Assembly: GCA_049322215.1 (NCBI GenBank)
Contig: JBMORU010000001.1
Coordinates: forward strand, 644,023 to 708,022
Source: Patescibacteria group bacterium
Lineage (GTDB): Bacteria > Patescibacteriota > WWE3 > UBA101185 > UBA10185
DNA: 64,000 nt
Direction of reading: 5' to 3'
In this document: positions 50,358 to 59,625 of the stretch, piece after piece
Layout: every line of letters begins with the position of its first letter
Numbering within the stretch: position 1 is the stretch's first letter
The notes under the pieces: generated by a model
Told to the model about the DNA's origin: nothing
The model's input: the letters and a program-made list of their open reading frames with translations, nothing else
Database searches by the model: none
Program-made: the position numbers and the translations under genes

Positions 50358-52469
50358 ATGGTTATATGTCACCGATGCGGACAAAGACCCGCAGTAATTT
50401 CCACTAATAGAATAATTGATGGGCGACAAGTTTATGTTGCTTTATGTGAGGTTTGTTATAAAGATGTACAAAAAGAAACATCATCTTCATCGTCTGTTTT
50501 AGATAAGTTTGGGCAAGAGCTTACTGAAATGGCAAAAGAAGGTAAGTTAGACCCTGTTATTGGCAGAAAAGAAGAAATCGAACGTGTAATACATATTTTA
50601 TCCCGTAGAACAAAAAATAATCCTGTTTTAATAGGTGAACCCGGAGTAGGAAAAACCGCCATAGTTGAAGGTTTAGCTCAAAGAATAGTAAACGGGCAAG
50701 TTCCTGAGCCTTTAAGAAGCAAAAGAGTGTTTTCTTTAGATTTAGCCTCGGTTTTAGCAGGAACTTCTCATAGAGGCCAGTTTGAAGGCCGTTTAAAAGA
50801 TATAGTAAAAGAAGTAGTAAAGGCTGAAGGCCAAATAATTTTATTTTTAGATGAATTGCACACCGTTGTGGGAGCAGGTGCTGCAGAAGGTGCTATAGAT
50901 GCTGCAAACATGTTAAAACCTGCATTAGCTCGAGGTGAATTGCAAATGGTTGGTGCAACAACATTAGATGAATATAGAAAGCATATAGAAAAAGATGCCG
51001 CCTTAGAAAGAAGATTTCAGCCAATTTTAGTAAAAGAGCCTTCTACAGAAGAAACTTTAGAAATAATAGAAGGTTTACGTGAAAGCTACGAACACCACCA
51101 TCAAGTAAAAATAACAGATGATGCAATTCATGCAGCAGTTTATATGTCTGATCGTTATATAAGCGATAGATTTTTGCCTGATAAAGCCATTGACTTAATA
51201 GACGAGGCATCGGCTTTAGTGAGATTAACGCAAGTAAAAGAACCAGACAATTTAAAGTCTGTAGAAGACAATTTAAAAAAACTTAAAGCTAAGAGTAGGA
51301 AAAATCTTGAGGAAGAAGAGTACGAAAGTGTTAAAAAAGAAATTGACGAATTAGAAAAGGTTAAAGAAGAACTTGTAAGCATTTGGACTAAAACTAAACT
51401 TGAGGAAATACCTGATGTAACAAGAGCAGCCGTAGTTAAAGTAGTTTCAAGGTCTACTGGTATTCCATTAGAAGAGTTAAGCATAGAAGAAAAAGAACGT
51501 TTACTACACATGGAAGAGAAACTACATCAACGCATAATAGGCCAAGCAGATGCTGTAAAAACTGTAAGTGAAGCTATTCGTCGCGCACGTGCTGGTCTTA
51601 AAGACCCTAAAAGACCTATTGGATCCTTTTTATTTTTAGGTCCAACCGGTGTAGGAAAAACTGAGCTTTCAAAGGCTTTATCAGAAGTTTTGTATGGTAA
51701 TGAGGATTTAATAGTTAGATTAGATATGAGTGAGTACATGGAAAAACACACTGTAAGTAAAATGATTGGGGCGCCTCCAGGATATATAGGTCATGATAGT
51801 GGGGGTCAACTAACCGAAACAGTCCGCAGAAAGCCATTTTCAATAATATTGTTAGATGAAGTAGAAAAAGCTCACCCTGATGTGTTTAACTCATTATTGC
51901 AAATAATGGAAGATGGTAGATTAACAGATAGTAAAGGTAGAACCGTTGATTTCAAAAATACTATATTAATAATGACATCTAATATTGGTTCTGAATTGCT
52001 TTACAAAGAGGATATTGGTTTTGGTGCTTCTGAGTCTAAAAGAGATGCTTCAAGACAAAGACACCTTGTAGACTTTGAGAAAAGAATTCAAAAAATTCTA
52101 AAAGATAAGTTTAAACCAGAATTTTTAAACAGACTTGACGAAATAGTAGTCTTCCATAGTTTAACAAAAGACGACATTGAAAAAATAGTTGATTTACAAC
52201 TTGCTAAAACACAAGTGTTATTAGAAGAACATAATGTGAAAATGTTTGTAGATGATAAAGCAAAAAAATATTTATTAGATAAGGGTTTTGATCATGATTA
52301 TGGCGCCAGACCATTAAGAAGACTAATTCAACGTGAAATAGAAAATGTTTTATCAAGCAGATTAATTGCAGGAGAAATACTACAAGGTGATTATGTTGAT
52401 ATAACTTTAGGTTCTGATAATAGGTTAGATATTAGTGTAAAAGCTAAAGTAGAGAGTGTTGTTGATTAA
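50358..52469 (+). CDS. clpE: AAA+ chaperone ATPase, ClpE/ClpC-like (N-terminal zinc ribbon, two AAA modules)
   Basis: Zinc ribbon CHRCGQ...CEVC. Walker A GEPGVGKT (D1) and GPTGVGKTE (D2). Short coiled-coil M-domain. Lacks Clp N-terminal repeats. 703 aa. Confidence 0.85.
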   Translation: MVICHRCGQRPAVISTNRIIDGRQVYVALCEVCYKDVQKETSSSSSVLDKFGQELTEMAKEGKLDPVIGRKEEIERVIHILSRRTKNNPVLIGEPGVGKTAIVEGLAQRIVNGQVPEPLRSKRVFSLDLASVLAGTSHRGQFEGRLKDIVKEVVKAEGQIILFLDELHTVVGAGAAEGAIDAANMLKPALARGELQMVGATTLDEYRKHIEKDAALERRFQPILVKEPSTEETLEIIEGLRESYEHHHQVKITDDAIHAAVYMSDRYISDRFLPDKAIDLIDEASALVRLTQVKEPDNLKSVEDNLKKLKAKSRKNLEEEEYESVKKEIDELEKVKEELVSIWTKTKLEEIPDVTRAAVVKVVSRSTGIPLEELSIEEKERLLHMEEKLHQRIIGQADAVKTVSEAIRRARAGLKDPKRPIGSFLFLGPTGVGKTELSKALSEVLYGNEDLIVRLDMSEYMEKHTVSKMIGAPPGYIGHDSGGQLTETVRRKPFSIILLDEVEKAHPDVFNSLLQIMEDGRLTDSKGRTVDFKNTILIMTSNIGSELLYKEDIGFGASESKRDASRQRHLVDFEKRIQKILKDKFKPEFLNRLDEIVVFHSLTKDDIEKIVDLQLAKTQVLLEEHNVKMFVDDKAKKYLLDKGFDHDYGARPLRRLIQREIENVLSSRLIAGEILQGDYVDITLGSDNRLDISVKAKVESVVD

Positions 52470-52524
52470 TCTTGCATTATATTCATATTTTTGTTAATCT
52501 CATCACGCTAGAAAGTGATTTTAT

Positions 52525-52881
52525 ATGGCTGAAGAAGTAAAACAAACAACTGAAGACCAAGCAACGCCTGAAATGCCTGATTTTAGAGTAGGTGACACTG
52601 TTCGTGTGCATTACAGAATAGTGGAAGGTGATAAAACAAGAATTCAGCCCTATGAAGGTATTGTTATATCAAAAAAGGGCGAAGGCTTGTCAAAAACTTT
52701 CATGGTAAGAAAAATTGGCGCCGATAATATTGGTGTTGAAAGAATATTCCCACTATTTTCTCCAAATATTACTAAGCTTGATGTAGTAAAGCATGGTAAA
52801 GTACGTAGAGCAAAACTATATTACTTAAGAGCTAAAAAGGGTCGTGCTGCTACACGTATTAAAGAACGTAAAGTTTCCTAA
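52525..52881 (+). CDS. rplS: 50S ribosomal protein L19
   Basis: [31 protein letters not shown]...RRAKLYYLR is typical L19. Confidence 0.9.
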   Translation: MAEEVKQTTEDQATPEMPDFRVGDTVRVHYRIVEGDKTRIQPYEGIVISKKGEGLSKTFMVRKIGADNIGVERIFPLFSPNITKLDVVKHGKVRRAKLYYLRAKKGRAATRIKERKVS

Positions 52882-52899
52882 TAAAGAACTGTAAAAAAT

Positions 52900-52934
52900 A
52901 ACCGCAGCTTAAAGATTAACTTCAAACTACGGTT
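52900..52934. terminator. Weak candidate bidirectional terminator between convergent rplS and tmk
   Basis: Short stem AACCG...CGGTT flanked by A-rich sequence on one side and T-rich (tgtgtttatttatg) on the other. Low stability. Confidence 0.2.
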
Positions 52935-52939
52935 TGTGT

Positions 52940-53560
52940 TTATTTATGTTGCTCAAGTTTCTGTGTCACAGCTGTTTGAATTGCTTTTTGAATTTGTGGA
53001 ATGGTATTTGTTGCATCAATTTTTACCCAAAAACCTTTTTCTTCTTTGCACAGTTTCAAGTAGCCATTGCGTACTTTTCGGTGAAATTCAATGTCTTCCG
53101 CCTCAAGTCTGTTTACTTCATTTTGACCATGTTTTCTGCTTAAACCAGCTTCTACAGGTAAATCAAGCAAAATGACTAAATCTGGTGTAAACCTTCCAAC
53201 TACTAAACGAGCTAGCGTTTTAAGTACTGTAAGGCGAATGCCTCTTGCATATCCTTGGTATGCCAGAGTAGACCAAAAACTCCTATCCATTAGCACAACT
53301 TTTTTTCTCTTTACAGCAGGTTCAATTATTTCCGAAATTAGCTGTGATCTCGCAGCAAAGAAAAGCAAAGTTTCTGTTAATGGACTTAGCGTTATGTTCT
53401 CAAGATTTAGCAGCATGTTTCTAATAATTTCACCTGCCATTGTTCCACCCGGCTCTCTTACAACAATAACCTCGTATCCAGATTCTTTTAAGAACTTCTC
53501 AAGCAGTCTCAGCTGTGTGCCTTTTCCGCCTCCTTCTGGTCCTTCAAATGCAATTATCAT
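52940..53560 (-). CDS. tmk: Thymidylate kinase
   Basis: P-loop MIIAFEGPEGGGKGTQ, DR(S/F) motif (LMDRSFWSTLAYQ) and lid region (HGQNEVNRLE). Confidence 0.85.
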   Translation of the reverse strand: MIIAFEGPEGGGKGTQLRLLEKFLKESGYEVIVVREPGGTMAGEIIRNMLLNLENITLSPLTETLLFFAARSQLISEIIEPAVKRKKVVLMDRSFWSTLAYQGYARGIRLTVLKTLARLVVGRFTPDLVILLDLPVEAGLSRKHGQNEVNRLEAEDIEFHRKVRNGYLKLCKEEKGFWVKIDATNTIPQIQKAIQTAVTQKLEQHK

Positions 53561-53640
53561 GATTCTCTCCTTTGGGTTTGGTTTGCAAGTGTACTTATTT
53601 TATATATTAAATTGTTAAACTTGTTAACTATTTTAAATAC

Positions 53641-53668
53641 AAAAAAAGAGCCGGTATTATACCGGCTC
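53641..53668 (-). terminator. Intrinsic terminator downstream of the 53689-54360 gene
   Basis: Perfect hairpin GAGCCGGTA-tta-TACCGGCTC followed by a 7-nt U-run on the minus strand. Confidence 0.6.
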
Positions 53669-53688
53669 TTTCTTTTCGGTCTGTTTTG

Positions 53689-54360
53689 TTAGTACTTACC
53701 AAAACCTGGACCCGAAGGGCTTATGTAAGTGGCACCTTCACCACTTTCTACTTCTTGAATTGTTGCAAATTCGCCCCAAATTTCAGGACCAATTTCTTTG
53801 CCATTTTCATCGTACCAAACATTATCTGTTTCTGTGGCTGTTGTAGGTACTGCTACTATTTTTGTGAAGTATGTCCAATTTTCTCCGTCTTCACTTCCCT
53901 TCATGTGGTTAGTTAGCCAGGCACCCGAGCCTAGATATTGATCATAACCGTAATGTCTGTCTAGAGCACCATCTCCATCACAGTCTGTTTTAGCTATCCA
54001 GGCATCGTTCCACTTCATGCTTAAGTGCACGTCTCTATATGGCCAGTACCATTTAGAAGCTGCTGATGGATTTTCAGCCAAATAAGCATCGGTATCTCCC
54101 ATGTATGGAGGTAGCCCATCTCTTCCTAAATAAGTATTTGCATAAGACCCATCAAACTTCAGTCCTTGATAATTGTATCCATATGCATCTACTCCTGTTT
54201 GCAAAGGTTCACCAGCTAAATAGTGTCCTGCCGAATAAGTAAGTATTCCATCTTGAATGGTTGTACATTCAGATTTTGGGTTTCCTTTGGCTAATCCGTT
54301 TAGGCTGGTTCCCATAGTAATCAAGCCCATAATTAATAATCCTACTATTATTTTTTGCAT
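53689..54360 (-). CDS. Hypothetical secreted protein (Gly/Tyr/Trp/Asp-rich)
   Basis: Start at MQKIIVG with a GGGGGTG RBS. Signal peptide (MQKIIVGLLIMGLITMGTSLNGLA). Cys pair. No recognisable domain. Confidence 0.45.
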   Translation of the reverse strand: MQKIIVGLLIMGLITMGTSLNGLAKGNPKSECTTIQDGILTYSAGHYLAGEPLQTGVDAYGYNYQGLKFDGSYANTYLGRDGLPPYMGDTDAYLAENPSAASKWYWPYRDVHLSMKWNDAWIAKTDCDGDGALDRHYGYDQYLGSGAWLTNHMKGSEDGENWTYFTKIVAVPTTATETDNVWYDENGKEIGPEIWGEFATIQEVESGEGATYISPSGPGFGKY

Positions 54361-54384
54361 TTTTTTCACCCCCTCAATTAAAAC

Positions 54385-54409
54385 CAAAAAAGACCTCAGC
54401 TGAGGTCTT
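54385..54409 (-). terminator. Second (tandem) intrinsic terminator after the NADAR cassette
   Basis: Perfect palindrome AAGACCTCAGCTGAGGTCTT with a minus-strand U-run. Confidence 0.45.
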
Positions 54410-54488
54410 GTAGTTAATTTTTATACATTAGTTAGAATCACTATCTAATATACTAAATTAGTATCTTATAGTTGTAAAGTTTTGCGGC

Positions 54489-54535
54489 AAAAAAATAGTG
54501 TAATACTTTTGAGGTGTTTCAAGAGTATTACACTA
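54489..54535 (-). terminator. Intrinsic terminator immediately after the 67-aa gene
   Basis: 12-bp perfect stem TAGTGTAATACT / AGTATTACACTA with a 16-nt loop and a 7-nt U-run on the minus strand. Confidence 0.55.
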
Positions 54536-54544
54536 AGTTATGAG

Positions 54545-54748
54545 TTAAAGTTTTTTGATTTTATATTCGGCTTCGTTTCCGGGTAATCCAAATGAGCGTG
54601 CCGTAGCCAAAAGATTAGCGATAGCATCAGTTATACAGCTGCCTGCGTCGTGAAGCGTTGGCCGTCCTTGCAGTTTTGCACGCCAGCAACCGGCTTTTCC
54701 ATCCTTGTTGCCTTTTTCGTCCCAGTAAACTTCAATTACATTTTGCAT
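54545..54748 (-). CDS. Small (67 aa) protein, tentatively UPF0150/HicB-N-like fold
   Basis: GGAGG RBS. IEVYWDEKGNKDGKAGCWRAKLQGRPTLHDAGSCITDAIANL is loosely patterned like HicB-N (I..E.DG.Y.A.VP.LPGC..G.T.EEA..N). GC-rich. Overlaps the upstream NADAR gene by 17 nt. Confidence 0.3.
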   Translation of the reverse strand: MQNVIEVYWDEKGNKDGKAGCWRAKLQGRPTLHDAGSCITDAIANLLATARSFGLPGNEAEYKIKKL

Positions 54749-55208
54749 TTTTTTCCTCCGTTTGTAAGCGCATGCGTATTTTTGTTAAGCGAGATACGAA
54801 TTCCCGTTTCGTAAGTACGGTGTCACGTGGGTCGCTTTTGCCGATTGTGTGTTTGAGTACGGCATTTCCTGTAGCTAGCAGTGCTCTTTTAAATCCTTCA
54901 TTTTCTGCCAGTGCTTCAAATGCCCGGTCTAAAAGTTGTTGATATTCGGGGCCGTGCCGATCAAACTCTTTGCCGTTCCACCACAATTTTTGTTGTGACT
55001 TCCAGCGCTTGTTTCGGTTTTTTCCTCGGTTTTTTGCTTTTCTTCCTACAAGTTTACAAATCTCACGCTGAATGTGAATTTTGTCAGACTTGAAAGCTTG
55101 CAACAACCCTTCCATACTTGCACACTCAATTCCATCAAAAGTGAATGGGTGAGGGGCAAAGTTCGAAAGTGCGCTTGAGGGCCAACCACGTCCGGATCCT
55201 ATGTCCAT
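54732..55208 (-). CDS. NADAR-domain (YbiA-like / DUF1768) N-glycosidase / ADP-ribosyl hydrolase family protein
   Basis: ALSNFAPHPFTFDGIECASMEGLLQAFKS matches the NADAR signature (FSNF..P...DG.....EHYFQAQK). C-terminal ...FKRALLATGNAVLKH matches YbiA LRALLLATAPAKLVEH. GGAGGT RBS. G+C about 50% by eye. Confidence 0.7.
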   Translation of the reverse strand: MDIGSGRGWPSSALSNFAPHPFTFDGIECASMEGLLQAFKSDKIHIQREICKLVGRKAKNRGKNRNKRWKSQQKLWWNGKEFDRHGPEYQQLLDRAFEALAENEGFKRALLATGNAVLKHTIGKSDPRDTVLTKREFVSRLTKIRMRLQTEEKNAKCN

Positions 55209-55240
55209 GATGCACCTCCATTTATTTTAAGATGGTTACT

Positions 55241-55269
55241 ATTATACTAAGAAATGACCCTCGTGTAAA
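55241..55269 (-). promoter_or_regulatory. Near-consensus sigma70-type promoter (TTTACA-17-TATAAT) driving the NADAR cassette
   Basis: On the minus strand: TTTACA (plus-strand TGTAAA at 55264-55269), 17-nt spacer, TATAAT (plus-strand ATTATA at 55241-55246). About 25 nt upstream of the RBS. Confidence 0.5.
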
Positions 55270-55292
55270 CACTATGGGGTATGCAGATTGTC

Positions 55293-55646
55293 TTACTTCA
55301 AAATATCCCAGCCCGAAATATTGGGTCTGTTTTTAAATTCTTCTGGGATTTCATTTTCAAATTCAATTTCAAATCTTACGCTATCTTTTGTCCATTTTAC
55401 TTCAAAGTAAATATTTTCAATTTCGCCAAGTTTACATTTTGAAGAAAATCTAACAATTGTGCCAGAAACAGGAGTAGGATATGGTTTTTCTCTAATTTCT
55501 TTTGATTCGTCAATTCGTACTCTTTTTTCACCGTCATATGTATCTTTTACATAAGAGGTGTCTAAATACTCCAACTTTTTGCTTAGCTCAAAGGCTTCTT
55601 CGTGTGTAAGTAATATTCTATGTTCCATACAAGAAAATTCTAGCAC
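55293..55646 (-). CDS. Hypothetical protein (117 aa)
   Basis: No domain recognised. Low-GC, unlike the adjacent cassette. Possible start at MEHRIL (55628). Confidence 0.35.
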   Translation of the reverse strand: MLEFSCMEHRILLTHEEAFELSKKLEYLDTSYVKDTYDGEKRVRIDESKEIREKPYPTPVSGTIVRFSSKCKLGEIENIYFEVKWTKDSVRFEIEFENEIPEEFKNRPNISGWDILK

Positions 55647-55666
55647 AGTAAGTTATACTTTAAGTA

Positions 55667-56149
55667 ATGAAAATTCTTGCTGTAGTTATTGTTTTACTTT
55701 TAACTTTTGGCCTATTCACTTATTTTTTTAAGCAAACAGCAGAAGCTCCTACTTTACCTATGAATAATGAAACTGTAGTTGATGAAGAAGCTGAAGTAAT
55801 TCCGCAAGATGCTCAAAATTACCCTTATAAAGCAACCTTTACTATATACACTAATGGTTTAGAGCGTACTTTTAGTAATGCAATGTACTTAAACCAGAAT
55901 GACGTTGTTTATATTGATTCTGTAAACAGCAAAGAAGTAATAGTTACAGAACCAAATGTTACCTGGCAGATGTTTTTTGACACATTACCTTTTTCGCTAA
56001 AAAAAGATTGTTTAGTAACCGGACTAGGTGAAACTTTTTGTAACGGAGATGGGGGAAACTTAATTTTTATATTAAACAGCAAGGAGACCCCAAATGCGCT
56101 TGAACTTGCAATTGAAGAAGGCGCCATACTAGAAGTACGTTTTGAATAA
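55667..56149 (+). CDS. Hypothetical membrane-anchored or secreted protein (160 aa)
   Basis: N-terminal TM or signal segment (ILAVVIVLLLTFGLFTYFF). Cys pair in the C-terminal domain. Confidence 0.35.
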   Translation: MKILAVVIVLLLTFGLFTYFFKQTAEAPTLPMNNETVVDEEAEVIPQDAQNYPYKATFTIYTNGLERTFSNAMYLNQNDVVYIDSVNSKEVIVTEPNVTWQMFFDTLPFSLKKDCLVTGLGETFCNGDGGNLIFILNSKETPNALELAIEEGAILEVRFE

Positions 56150-56184
56150 ACAAGAAAAAAGTTTGTTAAAAACCCGTTATGCTT

Positions 56185-56685
56185 TTAGTTGGTGCTAAAT
56201 ACGTGTTCTGAAGGATTTGTATAGAGCTTATGGTGATCGTAGGCTACAGTTATTTCTAGTGTAGTGGAGTTAGGCAAATCACCTTTTTCTGGTGTTTCTT
56301 TTTCGTTAATTCCTAAGTCTAAATTTACAGTTACCGGAACTTCAGTATCTTCGTTATGTGGTCCATCTGTATAGAAAGTATTCCATTGTTCACAATGTCC
56401 TGTTGCAGTTAAAGTTCTTTCGTATCCCTTTGAATGCGCTCTTACCTGCCATTGTGATCCAGTCTCTGCGTTTTCGTAAATCACTATTCCTCCTGGTATA
56501 ACGTCGGTTACTTCAGATGTCATTAAGTCATTAGCATATTCTTGTGCTTTTGCAATATCTTCCGGGGAGGCTTCGTTATCTTTAGTTAATTCTGGTTGAA
56601 TAAGATTATCAGCTACATTTTTAAACTCGGTTATCATTTTTTCGCAAGCTTGTACTTCGTTGAGGTTTAATAGTTCATCTTTCAT
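56185..56685 (-). CDS. Hypothetical protein (166 aa)
   Basis: Acidic. No domain recognised. Convergent with the previous gene. Confidence 0.35.
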   Translation of the reverse strand: MKDELLNLNEVQACEKMITEFKNVADNLIQPELTKDNEASPEDIAKAQEYANDLMTSEVTDVIPGGIVIYENAETGSQWQVRAHSKGYERTLTATGHCEQWNTFYTDGPHNEDTEVPVTVNLDLGINEKETPEKGDLPNSTTLEITVAYDHHKLYTNPSEHVFSTN

Positions 56686-56829
56686 TGTTTTATGCTAGCA
56701 CTTCCGCATATATATTAGCAATATATTGGTTTGTTTGGTGAAGTAGTTGGGTTATTGCAATTGTGGTTAAGCACTAATAGTTAAGGGTTTGCAGCTGACG
56801 AATTCGTACAAAAAATATATCAGAGTAGT

Positions 56830-57687
56830 TTAAGCTACAGTTAAATACACTCCTGCAATTACTAAACATGCGGCTATAACTTTTTTAAGTCTATCTTCTC
56901 TTTCGTTTAAGAAAATATATGCAGTTAACACATTTAAAAGTACCGCAGTTGCTTGTAAAGGAACAATTGTAGTTACTTCTCCGAATCTAAATGCTCTTAA
57001 TAAAAACAAAATGGCTAAACCCCAAGTGATTCCAGTTATAATGTAAAACTTTTTTGATGCAGAATTGTATTCTGCCTTAACTTCTTTCATGCTGATTTTT
57101 TCGCCGAAGTAAAGCATAACTGCAGGAATTATTAGAGTTAGCATAATATAAAAAGGTAAGTTGAAAACTTTTGATATACCTATATCGACAGAAATAGCAA
57201 CGGAAAATACTAACGTAGCACAAACGGCTACCCAAATATTTGGATCAATTTTTACACTTCCTCGTTTATAAACTAACAAAAAGTTAGCAGCTAATATTAA
57301 CAGTGCTCCTACTATTTTATTTATTGCAAAAGTTTCGTTGAATACTGTTAGCCCAATAGCTATTAAAAAAACTGTAGATAACTGATTAACAATTGAAAAT
57401 GTTGATACGGGTAAGTGTTTTCTAGCTGTAGTTTGAAGTCTATCGTTTAGCGCATAAAAAACACAAGCAACAATAAGGAGTAACCAGTATTTTGGATCAG
57501 ATGGTATAGCTAATGAAAATAGGGGAGCAAGTAATAGTATGCTTCCTCCTGCAATTAATTGTAGTAAAACTGTAGCAGCGCCATCTCTTTTTGCATTCTT
57601 TACAGCAAGTTTGTAGTGTTGAAAAAATAAAACAATAAAAAAAAGGTATCCAATTAAGTTAAATTGCCATGTGCTAATTATTTCCAT
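56830..57687 (-). CDS. EamA/DMT-superfamily transporter
   Basis: About 10 TM segments in a two-repeat arrangement typical of drug/metabolite transporters. Confidence 0.55.
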   Translation of the reverse strand: MEIISTWQFNLIGYLFFIVLFFQHYKLAVKNAKRDGAATVLLQLIAGGSILLLAPLFSLAIPSDPKYWLLLIVACVFYALNDRLQTTARKHLPVSTFSIVNQLSTVFLIAIGLTVFNETFAINKIVGALLILAANFLLVYKRGSVKIDPNIWVAVCATLVFSVAISVDIGISKVFNLPFYIMLTLIIPAVMLYFGEKISMKEVKAEYNSASKKFYIITGITWGLAILFLLRAFRFGEVTTIVPLQATAVLLNVLTAYIFLNEREDRLKKVIAACLVIAGVYLTVA

Positions 57688-57817
57688 TATAGAAAGATTA
57701 TAACTTACATTGGTTTATTTACTATTCTTATGTGTCTGTTGCAACTATGGGTTGTTGTGCTGACTTTAGTGCTATATAATTTGCAAAGCTAAAAACATAT
57801 TCAAAAGGAGAGTAGTA

Positions 57818-58069
57818 ATGGTTCAAGTGTACAAATACCCAAATCTTGCAGAACGGGATAAAGATACCAAATCCAATGGTACTTACTTAGGTACTGCAAA
57901 CGATCCGCATGAACTTGTGCGTGTTTTAAACATAGAGCGCTCAAAGCAGCCTGTTAATTACTTTGATGGTGATAAGGCACTAAACATGGATGAAGCTCTT
58001 GAGCTGTTGGGTGCTTACTGGGATGAACTTGATGGGTTTTGGTATTACAGAGGAAGTATTGTTTGTTAA
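57818..58069 (+). CDS. Hypothetical small protein (83 aa)
   Basis: AAAGGAG RBS. Followed by a strong terminator. Confidence 0.35.
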   Translation: MVQVYKYPNLAERDKDTKSNGTYLGTANDPHELVRVLNIERSKQPVNYFDGDKALNMDEALELLGAYWDELDGFWYYRGSIVC

Positions 58070-58084
58070 GCTTTTAAAGTAAGA

Positions 58085-58134
58085 ATGCAGGATCTTTTCG
58101 GTGTTAAAATTTGAAAAGATCCTGCATTTTTTTG
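58085..58134 (+). terminator. Strong intrinsic terminator
   Basis: 15-bp perfect stem ATGCAGGATCTTTTC / GAAAAGATCCTGCAT followed by T7. Confidence 0.6.
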
Positions 58135-58139
58135 ATTTG

Positions 58140-58628
58140 TTACGGGCAGTATTGCAGGTGTTCCCAGTTTAGCCAGTCGGTATAGGTGTCAAGTAATACC
58201 ACTTCTCCGTTCACTTTCTCAATAGTTCCTTCGTTTGGTAGACCCTTTCGTCTGGAATCGGGTACTAAGCAAACCGTTGCTCCTTCATGAAAGGGGTTGC
58301 CCATAAGCCAGTCATCAGTAAGCCTAATTTCTACGGGGTTTTCGGGATACTCAAACCAGACAAACGATAGGATCTCTACAGAGTTGTCGGTATATCGCAC
58401 TCGTACTAAGCGGTTTGTAATATCGAGCACCTTTGCACCGCGCTGTGCTACTTCAATTTCTTTCTGGCTGTGTGTAACGTCAAAATCGGGGCCGGGGTAA
58501 ACTACTTGGCCAATGTAGAAAGGGTTTACCTGAACTTCTTCAACTACAGGCTCATCCTGGTTTTCACATGCTGCTAAACTGGAAACAAGCAAAGCCATTA
58601 AAACTAAAATCAAACGTTTTACGTTCAT
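58140..58628 (-). CDS. Hypothetical lipoprotein (GC-rich gene)
   Basis: Lipobox LVSSLAAC. G+C visibly elevated (~45% by eye). Confidence 0.45.
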   Translation of the reverse strand: MNVKRLILVLMALLVSSLAACENQDEPVVEEVQVNPFYIGQVVYPGPDFDVTHSQKEIEVAQRGAKVLDITNRLVRVRYTDNSVEILSFVWFEYPENPVEIRLTDDWLMGNPFHEGATVCLVPDSRRKGLPNEGTIEKVNGEVVLLDTYTDWLNWEHLQYCP

Positions 58629-58878
58629 TTTTCCTCCAAGGGTTGTTTTGTTTGATTATTCTGGGGTTTATTATACGTTTAAAATAATAGGTAGTCAAAC
58701 TATAGGCTATATGTCAAATTTACATTTTAGCAGCAAATTCGGTGAATTTTTTTTTGTATTTAAATTCCAGCAGTTTAGAAGTTTCAAGTGGCATAAACCA
58801 AGCATATTCAGCTGGTTTTTAAGTTTTTCCTTATTAGTTATTAGTGCTTTTATACATAGATAAAACTTGTATTCCATA

Positions 58879-59616
58879 TTATTTGCTGGCTAAAACTTCA
58901 ATTAAATGATCTAAACGTGGTGATGCTTTGGTACGCATAAAGTCAACATATAATCTTTCTTGATATTCCTTTATGTAATCAATTGTAAATCCAGCCTTTT
59001 CAAGGTGCTCTTTTATAGTTTTGGGTGAATGAAAGTACCTAATACCCCATGCTTCTATTTCTCCTTTATTGTTTCGATAAGGTACTTTAGTTATTTTAGT
59101 TACAGGGTCATAATTGTTTCTTTTTTCATCGGTATCTATATTTTTTTCTGATCTAACTACTACAAAAAATTTTCCTTGGTCTTGCAATGAATTGTAAAAG
59201 CTTGATAAAACTTTATCTAGGTCTTGCGCTTTTAGGTAGTGTAAAACAAGTCTTGCGTATATAAAGTCAAACTGGTCTTTTTTGTATGGAAATTCTTTTG
59301 TTAGATCTTCTAGCTTAGCTTTTATTTGGTTATCAAGATTTAGTTTTTTAATATTTTCTTTTGCAACAGCCAAACCTTTTTCATCTATAGTTGTGGCAAT
59401 TACCTTTCTATCCGGGTTTTCTACAACCATTCTAATTTCAGCAAATCCGCCGGTGCTTATACCTGGGCTAAATATACTTTTGTAAGTGTTTGTAATTAAA
59501 CTTAGTCCGTTTTCTTCACTTTCTGAAGGTTTCGATCCAAGTTGTGTTAATGTTTCTTCGATATTCATAGAAGGATTATAGCATTGGTAAATTATGTCGT
59601 TGTATTTTGATCTCAA
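58879..59616 (-). CDS. Putative class I SAM-dependent methyltransferase
   Basis: Gly-rich motif-I-like segment (SPGISTGGFAEI), acidic end of beta2 (TIDEKG) and FDFIYARLVLHYL (motif-IV/post-I-like). Weak. Confidence 0.4.
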   Translation of the reverse strand: MRSKYNDIIYQCYNPSMNIEETLTQLGSKPSESEENGLSLITNTYKSIFSPGISTGGFAEIRMVVENPDRKVIATTIDEKGLAVAKENIKKLNLDNQIKAKLEDLTKEFPYKKDQFDFIYARLVLHYLKAQDLDKVLSSFYNSLQDQGKFFVVVRSEKNIDTDEKRNNYDPVTKITKVPYRNNKGEIEAWGIRYFHSPKTIKEHLEKAGFTIDYIKEYQERLYVDFMRTKASPRLDHLIEVLASK

Positions 59617-59625
59617 GTTTTTCAG

